Shown here one piece after another: positions 58,801-64,000 of a stretch of DNA of 64,000 bases (within the stretch, counting starts at the first letter, position 1; the number at the start of each line of letters is the position of its first letter). This DNA is from an uncultured Clostridia bacterium (lineage in GTDB: Bacteria; Bacillota; Clostridia; UBA1381), in assembly GCA_947626135.1 (NCBI GenBank), contig CANQQZ010000007.1, forward strand, positions 43,055 through 107,054, in the 5' to 3' direction. Below the pieces are notes generated by a model that worked only from the letters and a program-made list of their open reading frames with translations, was not told the DNA's origin and searched no databases. Position numbers and translations under genes: made by a program.

Positions 58801-61720
58801 TGATGATGACCCGGTAAATCCGACCGTTACGGTACAGGGCAAACCCGCAGGAGCCGTAGACGAGGATAAAGGATATTCATCCGTTAACGCGGCTGTTATA
58901 AACCTCGGAGTTATCATGCCTTATATTTCGGCAAAAATAGATACTGTTTCATACGATCCTGCCGCCGCGGACGCTCCGTGGTGGGCGGAGGAGGCGTCTG
59001 CCGAGGTAAAACAGGAGCAATGGACCGGAACCGGCACAAAACCGGACGCGTCTGCCACAACCGGCGATGCGACCAATTACAACGGAAATCTGACATACCA
59101 AATAGATGTTAGCAATATTTTGGGCAACGGAATCGCGGCATTTAATACCCGTTACTTGCCTATGGCGAGTACATCTTTCAAAAACGACAGCTGGGACGTA
59201 CCGGTCAATATTTTCCATACGCAGACGTATAACGGAAACGGCGCAGAAGAAAATGTTCCCGCCGTATCATGCGGAAACGGCAGCACCGTTAAAAATTCGT
59301 TTGTCGAAACCTACGGCGTGCCTATCGTCGGCGCGGGAGATATGACTAAGGCAGGTTCCGTATTCCTCGGCTGGTATGTCGCAGAGGACGGCACAGAACT
59401 GCCCGAAAGCATCGACGGCAAGGAGATCACCACAAAAGCCGCGCATGATTTAATTATGGCTGACGAAAACTTTATTTCCGCCGATAAGCCGCTCGCGGAT
59501 GATGAGACCGGCATTGACGAAAATACGTATCGTCTCGCGATGGGCACAAAGGACAGAACGCTTTACGCGGTTTGGGCGCCCAACGCATATAAGCCCGAGA
59601 ATAATCTGCCCGATTATCTTGACCCCGGAACCATTACAATAAGCAAAAGCGTAACGAGCGAGACCGGCGAAACACCGCCGGAAGCAAGCTTTACGTTTAA
59701 TGTGGAGCTTACGCCTGAAAGCGGCTCCGAGCTTAGCGAAAGCTATCCCTACACCGGCTCCGCAGCCGCGGGAAGCTCCGCCGCGGCTCCCGCCGACGGA
59801 AGCTTAGCTCTTTCTGACGTTACCGGCAGCAGCAACGGTTCAAAGAGCGGCACGATAACGCTCTCAAAGGACCAGGCGGTTACAATTTCCGGTATTCCGC
59901 TCGGAACCTCATACAGCATAACCGAAACGCCCAATCTCGATTTCTCCGGCGATCCGATTACAGGATACACCGGAACTCTTTCGGCGGAGAATCGCAGCGC
60001 GGACGCTAAATTCACAAATACGTATATCGGAACTCCGCCGAGAGACTATATTCTTACCTACGATAAGAATACCTCGGATACGGTTAGGGATATGCCGAAT
60101 CCGGAAACGCAGCGCACGTCGGTACCTGTTACACCTATAACCGATGCCGTTCCCAGACGCGAAGGATATACATTTAAGGGCTGGGCAGAAAAGTCCTCGC
60201 CCGAGCCGGAGGATACGATTTATAACACCGGCGACGTTTACAGATTTAGCGATGAGAATCCCAATGTAACATTGTATGCCGTATGGGAAAGCAATACGCC
60301 GGCGACGAGCTCACCCGTTCCAAGCGCTTCCGCAACGAGTTCTCCCGTTCCAAGCGCTTCCGCAACGAGTTCTCCCGTTCCAAGTGCTTCCGCAACGAGT
60401 TCTCCAGTTCCAAGCGCTTCCGCGACGAGTTCTCCCGTTCCAAGTGCTCAGGCAACAAGCTCTCCCGCCCCAAGCGCTTCCGCAACGAGCTCTCCCGTTC
60501 CAAGTGCTCAGGCAACGAGCTCTCCCGCTCCAAGCGCTCAGGCAACAGGCTCTCCCGCCCCGGGCATATCGCCCGGAGGTGTAGCAGGAGCGGCGCACGG
60601 CTCCGGAGGCTCATCAACGACAAGCGTTAAGGTTGAAAAGCAATGGAAGGACAACAATGACGCCGCAAAGGCGCGCCCCGATTCAATTACCGTCCGCGTA
60701 TTAAACGACGGCGAGGTTGCGGCTGAGCATAAAATAAGCGCTTCAAACAACTGGCGCTACACGTTTACCGGTCTTGCCAGAACAAAAGGCGGCAAAGCCA
60801 TTGCATACACAGTCGAAGAGCTTCCGGTAGACGGCTATAAGGCGAATTACATAAAGAGCACCACCGGATATGTAATAGAAAATGAATATGTCGGCGGCGA
60901 ACAGCCCTCATCACCCGAACCGAGCAAGCAGCCGGATCCCTCTCCGAATCCGAACGGAGGCGCGGGAGACGGCTCCGGAAACGGCAGCTCCGACGGATCG
61001 GGAAGCGAAAGCAATGTGCCATCCCTTAATCATGATGACCATTACGCATACATTATAGGATATCCCGACGGCGGCGTACATCCCGACGGACAAATAACGC
61101 GCGCTGAGGTGGCAACGATATTCTTCCGTCTGCTTGCCGATGAATCGCGCGCGGATTATTGGAGCAAAACCAACAGCTACAGCGATGTAAACGCCGATAA
61201 CTGGTACAATAACGCGGTTTCAACGCTCACCAGCGCCGGAATAGTCAAAGGCTATCTTGACGGAAGCTTCCGCGCTGACGCCGGTGTAACACGCGCCGAG
61301 TTTGCAGCTATAGCCGCAAGATTTGATTCGGGAACCTATGAAGGCGAAAATCAATTCAGCGATATAGACGGCCATTGGGCATGCGAATATATTAACCGCG
61401 CGGCGCAGCGCGGCTGGATCAGCGGCTACGGAGACGGCACGTTCCGTCCCGACAAACCTATAACGCGCGCTGAGGCTATGACCCTTGTTAACGGCGTTCT
61501 TGACAGACATCCCGAAAACGAGCAGTCCCTTACTCCGGATATGATTACCTGGAGCGACAATGACGCTCGGGAATGGTATTATCTCGCTGTACAGGAAGCG
61601 ACAAACTCGCATTTCTGGGAGCATTCCGGAGATGTATACGAGCGCTGGACACAGCTGCGCGAAACGCGCGACTGGAAGGCTCTCGAGGACAAGGGCGCAA
61701 ATCCGTCCGACGCGGATTGA
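55817..61720 (+). CDS. giant cell-surface protein: signal peptide, BspA-type leucine-rich repeats, Listeria-Bacteroides (Flg_new) repeats, Pro/Ser linker, Cna-B domain, three SLH domains
   Basis: Signal peptide ...LLPAAASA. LRR_5-like blocks (IGDRAFSSNQLT, IPNECFRDCKSL, INDSAFYECSKL). GWYV../GYTFKGWAE...LYAVWE repeats. Ten-residue ATSSPVPSAS tandem repeats. Cna-B (VEKQWKDNNDAAKARPDSITVRV). C-terminal SLH motifs (ITRAEVATIFFRLL, VTRAEFAAIAARF, ITRAEAMTLVNGVL). Confidence 0.85.
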   Translation: MRKQTFGRLLSAVLCLSMLLGLLPAAASAVGGGSASVTFSSSDGESVKGTARTDIITSISAELNADQTGAVITKFNYVPGEDGTAKEIVIPSKLYTEEGKSGTEYTVTEIAANAFSGCELTDISFAPDSGIKTIGDRAFSSNQLTAIRDLPASIEKLGKECFRGCDLMTSADLTSLVNITEIPNECFRDCKSLANVTLPESTEGSDVKLTSINDSAFYECSKLGDIKIPKNITSIGNLAFRNCQAEMVIECGSHKPGAISGAPWGAISGLVIWDKNFGYNNDSPFIVGEDDGLIYGLKTAKIYKDGKSADPDGYTFENRDNDDYRYYAYINTQQTADKARSFSDTSSYSGTVNGFTIADKDGDDTQLQGEASMSEITYNSNTYKNPLKLNEHPQITFTAEENGTLVLITGDKPGANAETDPAASNISVNGTQYNLPENDKTVKAHILKIPVLKGTEYTIAQGSTGETELYLMELYYDAASKHYSSIELVEGDLSGEGVSTDFKMSVSIPREVQKMDPATKELIPGETITIKGIADGAFGSRPANHVLKYIDFTALADETDMTTIPEGAFWYCQDLAEVRNIPKSVTSIEKNAFRQCQDLTEITLPPELKTVGYWAFRQCTSLRTVIFDSTGYDEPGTDSPIESIDSGAFSRCPVLDKIYMQGVSDLSAIKGITDSEEGIDDEDKSSFPFSAYVADTYYKGTGGDPLIEHRQTVQAVNDPGTDDIDESLWYFNYKTKTVVYYMGKVPKTTDSDEGIVLTIPKKLSYKFDDDPAPTKVEITGVGQYDDNTELFYWDMYNTSKPQDQAKGKHIKQLVLNDQITHINDSAFYRVQVDEVNFKDAASLEEIAYRAFGAEEKTPLKINSKIEFPDSLKRIEDLAFSYREFTAQDKESVDFDGSSREVGLLTIPKFVESIASGAFNGVKGVGKIKIMQYNYKPTDPDYQTNETSYMASPDEVKSYAPFNIDASEYNSSTGKLYTIPIEYMDSDTPRYSDYILDDDPVNPTVTVQGKPAGAVDEDKGYSSVNAAVINLGVIMPYISAKIDTVSYDPAAADAPWWAEEASAEVKQEQWTGTGTKPDASATTGDATNYNGNLTYQIDVSNILGNGIAAFNTRYLPMASTSFKNDSWDVPVNIFHTQTYNGNGAEENVPAVSCGNGSTVKNSFVETYGVPIVGAGDMTKAGSVFLGWYVAEDGTELPESIDGKEITTKAAHDLIMADENFISADKPLADDETGIDENTYRLAMGTKDRTLYAVWAPNAYKPENNLPDYLDPGTITISKSVTSETGETPPEASFTFNVELTPESGSELSESYPYTGSAAAGSSAAAPADGSLALSDVTGSSNGSKSGTITLSKDQAVTISGIPLGTSYSITETPNLDFSGDPITGYTGTLSAENRSADAKFTNTYIGTPPRDYILTYDKNTSDTVRDMPNPETQRTSVPVTPITDAVPRREGYTFKGWAEKSSPEPEDTIYNTGDVYRFSDENPNVTLYAVWESNTPATSSPVPSASATSSPVPSASATSSPVPSASATSSPVPSASATSSPVPSAQATSSPAPSASATSSPVPSAQATSSPAPSAQATGSPAPGISPGGVAGAAHGSGGSSTTSVKVEKQWKDNNDAAKARPDSITVRVLNDGEVAAEHKISASNNWRYTFTGLARTKGGKAIAYTVEELPVDGYKANYIKSTTGYVIENEYVGGEQPSSPEPSKQPDPSPNPNGGAGDGSGNGSSDGSGSESNVPSLNHDDHYAYIIGYPDGGVHPDGQITRAEVATIFFRLLADESRADYWSKTNSYSDVNADNWYNNAVSTLTSAGIVKGYLDGSFRADAGVTRAEFAAIAARFDSGTYEGENQFSDIDGHWACEYINRAAQRGWISGYGDGTFRPDKPITRAEAMTLVNGVLDRHPENEQSLTPDMITWSDNDAREWYYLAVQEATNSHFWEHSGDVYERWTQLRETRDWKALEDKGANPSDAD
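60301..60562 (+). repeat. about 8.7 tandem copies of a 30-bp coding repeat (ATSSPVPSAS units)
   Basis: Units start at 60301, 60331, 60361 and so on to 60541, with consensus cgcaacgagttctcccgttccaagcgcttc. The copies differ by a few substitutions. Confidence 0.95.
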
Positions 61721-61776
61721 GCCGCCGTCTAAGCTTTACGATGTTGTAAGCGGACGCGAATAAAATCGGATAAATA

Positions 61777-61808
61777 AACCTCCTATGATATGCTTATCAT
61801 AGGAGGTT
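61777..61808. terminator. bidirectional intrinsic terminator between the surface-protein gene and the GH27 gene
   Basis: 14-bp perfect stem aacctcctatgata/tatcataggaggtt, loop tgct, flanked by A-rich and T-rich sequence. Confidence 0.8.
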
Positions 61809-61851
61809 TTCCTTATGCGCGAACCGTCATTAACTCAGCTGAAAGCTTTCG

Positions 61852-63105
61852 TTAAGCCGGTACAGTTTCTATTTTATACATCCTTACGCCGTGGGCTGGT
61901 ATTGACGACCTGACGCTTCCGTTATGCTTCGTCTCCGTTTTCGTCCACAGCTCGTATGATGTAACGCTTCCGCTCATCCCGATATACGATAAATCGAAAT
62001 CCGAAACAATATCATCATCGCCCACATTGAACCGCGCCAGATACGCCGTATTATTTTTCCCGTTCGCCGTCCATACTATTTCAGCGCCTTTACGGTAAAC
62101 CTCGCGGCTGCCGCGGCAATTTTGATTTATTTCAATAATATCCCGATTTTGCAGCAGCGACAGCGTAAACGCGTCGTTTTTCGGCAGATCCGCGCCGACC
62201 ATAAGCGGAGAGCGGAATATCGCCCACAGCGACATCAGCGTGCGCTGCTCATCCTCGGTAAAATTCGTTTTCTCTCCCCCGCCGCCGTTGCACACACGCA
62301 AATATCCTATCGGCAGCATATCGCAGTCGGGCCAATGACCCTCGCCGGCATACGGGAACCAATCGCGGCAATAGTCAAACATTCTTTTAAGCTCGTCCCA
62401 GCTATCCCAGAAATCATCCGTCATGCGCCACATGTTCGCATATTCGCACAAATGCTCCGCCTCGCCGAGCGGCGCCGCGCCGGGTGAGAGCGACAGCGTC
62501 ATTTCCCTGCCGCAATTTTTTATCGCGCGCCTTACCGCTTCGATTTCGGATTTATGATACGGACGCGCGATATCATCGACCTTGACAAAATCCACGCCCC
62601 ACCCCGCATACATTTCAAATATGCTGTCGTAATACTCCTGCGCGCCGTCCCGGGTCATATCAACGCCCGCCATATCGCCGTTCCATTCGCATATACTGCC
62701 GAAATCCGCTATTTCGGCGGCGAAAATATCGGTGCCCTTTATATTGACGTTTTCTCTCACTGCCTGCCTTGGGATTCCTCTCAGGATATGTATGCCGAAT
62801 TTTAAACCGAGCGAATGAACATAATCCGCAAGCGGCTTAAATCCTTTTCCGCCTGCCGCCGACGGGAATCTGTTTACCGCCGGCATAAGCCGTCCAAACT
62901 CATCCATTACAAGCTCCGCTTTTTCATTATAAAAATGATTTTTCGCCGACGGCTCATACCATTGGATATCAACAACCACATATTCCCAGCCAAATTCCCT
63001 CAAATTCTCCGCCATATATCCGGCGTTGGCTCTGACCGCTTCCTCCGTCACCGCCGCACCGTAGCAATCCCAGCTGTTCCAGCCCATAGGCGGTTTTTTT
63101 GCCAT
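61852..63105 (-). CDS. glycoside hydrolase family 27-like alpha-galactosidase
   Basis: N-terminal PPMGWNSWDCYG hallmark and a TIM-barrel-sized protein. The ATG at 63105 (MAKKPP) has AGGA 6 nt upstream. The ORF is open to 63120. Confidence 0.75.
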   Translation of the reverse strand: MAKKPPMGWNSWDCYGAAVTEEAVRANAGYMAENLREFGWEYVVVDIQWYEPSAKNHFYNEKAELVMDEFGRLMPAVNRFPSAAGGKGFKPLADYVHSLGLKFGIHILRGIPRQAVRENVNIKGTDIFAAEIADFGSICEWNGDMAGVDMTRDGAQEYYDSIFEMYAGWGVDFVKVDDIARPYHKSEIEAVRRAIKNCGREMTLSLSPGAAPLGEAEHLCEYANMWRMTDDFWDSWDELKRMFDYCRDWFPYAGEGHWPDCDMLPIGYLRVCNGGGGEKTNFTEDEQRTLMSLWAIFRSPLMVGADLPKNDAFTLSLLQNRDIIEINQNCRGSREVYRKGAEIVWTANGKNNTAYLARFNVGDDDIVSDFDLSYIGMSGSVTSYELWTKTETKHNGSVRSSIPAHGVRMYKIETVPA

Positions 63106-63123
63106 TCTCATTCCTGTCATCCC

Positions 63124-63915
63124 CTAACTCATATTATTGTATATCTGTCTGCCGGTGTGTCTCCTGTTTCTGAACTCGGACGGTGTGATCTCCGTGTAAC
63201 GCTTAAAATTTCTGTTAAAGCTTCTGGAATTTTCAAAGCCGCAGCTCGCGTATACCTCGCTTAGGGGAATGTCGTCTCTGTTTATCATCTGACACGCCTT
63301 GCTTATCCTGAAACGGTTCAGGTATTCGGTATAGCTCATATTCATTGATTTGATAAACTGCTTTGACAAATATGCGTAATCATATTTTAAAACCGCCGAC
63401 ACCTCCTTCAGAGTGCAGTTTTGCGCGTAATTTTCCTCCACGAACGACAGCATTCTGTGAATGAGCTTGAAATCACCGCCTATATTCGCCCGCGTAAAGC
63501 TTGTGCGTTCGGTAAGACCGCCTAGCGCCTTGTACAAAACAGCCTTTTGCAGATAACGGTTTTTCGTCATAAGCTCCGCTTCGGCTATCTCGTTATTTTT
63601 CATCAAATTATCTCTCGGAACGCGGTCGCTGTAATCCGACGCAAACCGTCCCACCATTTCCGGTGAAAAAATCACAAGATGGATCGCGGAGCTGCTCTCC
63701 GTTTCAAAGCTGTGAATTTGATTCGGAAAAATCAAAACGGTATCTCCGGCGCACGCCTTATATGTTTTATCGTCAATCCTGATGCTGATTTCCCCGCTCC
63801 TGACGCAGACAAGCTCAAAGGAACGATGGAAATGCGCGTAGAATTGAAAATTCTCAAGATAATTGGCGATATACAGATTTTCATCTCCAAATAAATGGTT
63901 TTCGTAAAAAAACAT
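63124..63915 (-). CDS. AraC-family transcriptional regulator (cupin sensor + HTH)
   Basis: N-terminal cupin-like HFHRSFELVCVRSGE. C-terminal AraC HTH (...YLSKQFIKSMNMSYTEYLNRFRISKA...GFENSRSFNRNFKRYTEITPSEFR). The track's TTG start lies within the GGAGG RBS, so the ATG at 63915 was chosen. Confidence 0.88.
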   Translation of the reverse strand: MFFYENHLFGDENLYIANYLENFQFYAHFHRSFELVCVRSGEISIRIDDKTYKACAGDTVLIFPNQIHSFETESSSAIHLVIFSPEMVGRFASDYSDRVPRDNLMKNNEIAEAELMTKNRYLQKAVLYKALGGLTERTSFTRANIGGDFKLIHRMLSFVEENYAQNCTLKEVSAVLKYDYAYLSKQFIKSMNMSYTEYLNRFRISKACQMINRDDIPLSEVYASCGFENSRSFNRNFKRYTEITPSEFRNRRHTGRQIYNNMS

Positions 63916-64000
63916 ATTGACCGCCTCCAATCATTATTTTATCCTGCAATCGCGACGCTTTTTCTATTTTCTTCTTTTTAACACAGATACTCCGAATCCC

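Noticed and set aside
60246-60630. Four overlapping ORFs in multiple frames and strands, and CRISPR-like regular 30-bp repeats.
   Set aside because: The repeats are directly adjacent with no spacers and lie in frame within the large surface-protein gene. The extra ORFs are stop-free artefacts of the repeat.
1-64000. Mobile elements, prophage genes, defence systems, and tRNA or rRNA genes.
   Set aside because: Reading the ORF translations and the intergenic regions revealed no transposase, integrase, recombinase, restriction, Cas or reverse-transcriptase signatures, and no tRNA-like or rRNA-like sequence. I cannot exclude small ncRNAs without covariance-model searches.

Overview
This 64-kb window looks like a mostly housekeeping chromosomal segment from a spore-forming, Clostridia-type Firmicute. 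All family calls come from reading motifs by eye. No searches were run. I support 47 protein-coding genes and found no rRNA, tRNA, CRISPR array, transposase or integrase.

Main gene blocks:
- Minus strand: a partial larC with a CpXC-domain gene and a ynbB-like PLP enzyme.
- Minus strand: the conserved Firmicute block fapR-plsX-fabK-fabD-fabG-acpP-fabF, then rnc, a radical-SAM gene, smc and ftsY.
- tmcAL, an uninterrupted sigK, ftsK/spoIIIE, ygiQ, folD, an AI-2E transporter and a DUF3794/LysM protein.
- A Leu T-box leader in front of a solitary long-form leuA.
- tmk, and an apparent operon of a type IIA topoisomerase B/A pair with citrate synthase and a tagA-like gene.
- A tight YkgJ-like / VanW / class-II aaRS-like trio.
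- Type III glutamine synthetase, a HAD hydrolase, and a lipobox-bearing VanX-type dipeptidase beside a WalRK-like two-component pair.
- aspS, an esterase, barnase and barstar.
- A 1967-aa LRR/Cna-B/SLH surface protein, a GH27-like alpha-galactosidase and its AraC regulator.

Starts were refined by inspecting ribosome-binding sites where the ORF track used upstream alternative start codons.

Most interesting observations:
1. The leuA ORF continues in frame into a complete AraC/XylS DNA-binding domain, giving an enzyme-regulator fusion that sits behind a Leu (CUC) T-box.
2. A 401-aa AspRS/AsnRS-like paralogue has the invariant motif-2 FRAE replaced by FLAK and is co-operonic with a VanW membrane protein.
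3. A 22-bp dsRNA hairpin lies immediately upstream of the rnc ribosome-binding site and is a candidate RNase III autoregulatory substrate.
4. A consensus promoter is followed at once by an intrinsic terminator in the glnN leader.
5. Smaller items include structured leaders, coding tandem repeats and a 92-nt out-of-frame gene overlap.

Nothing here resembles a known defence island. All novelty claims are hypotheses that need database and experimental checks.
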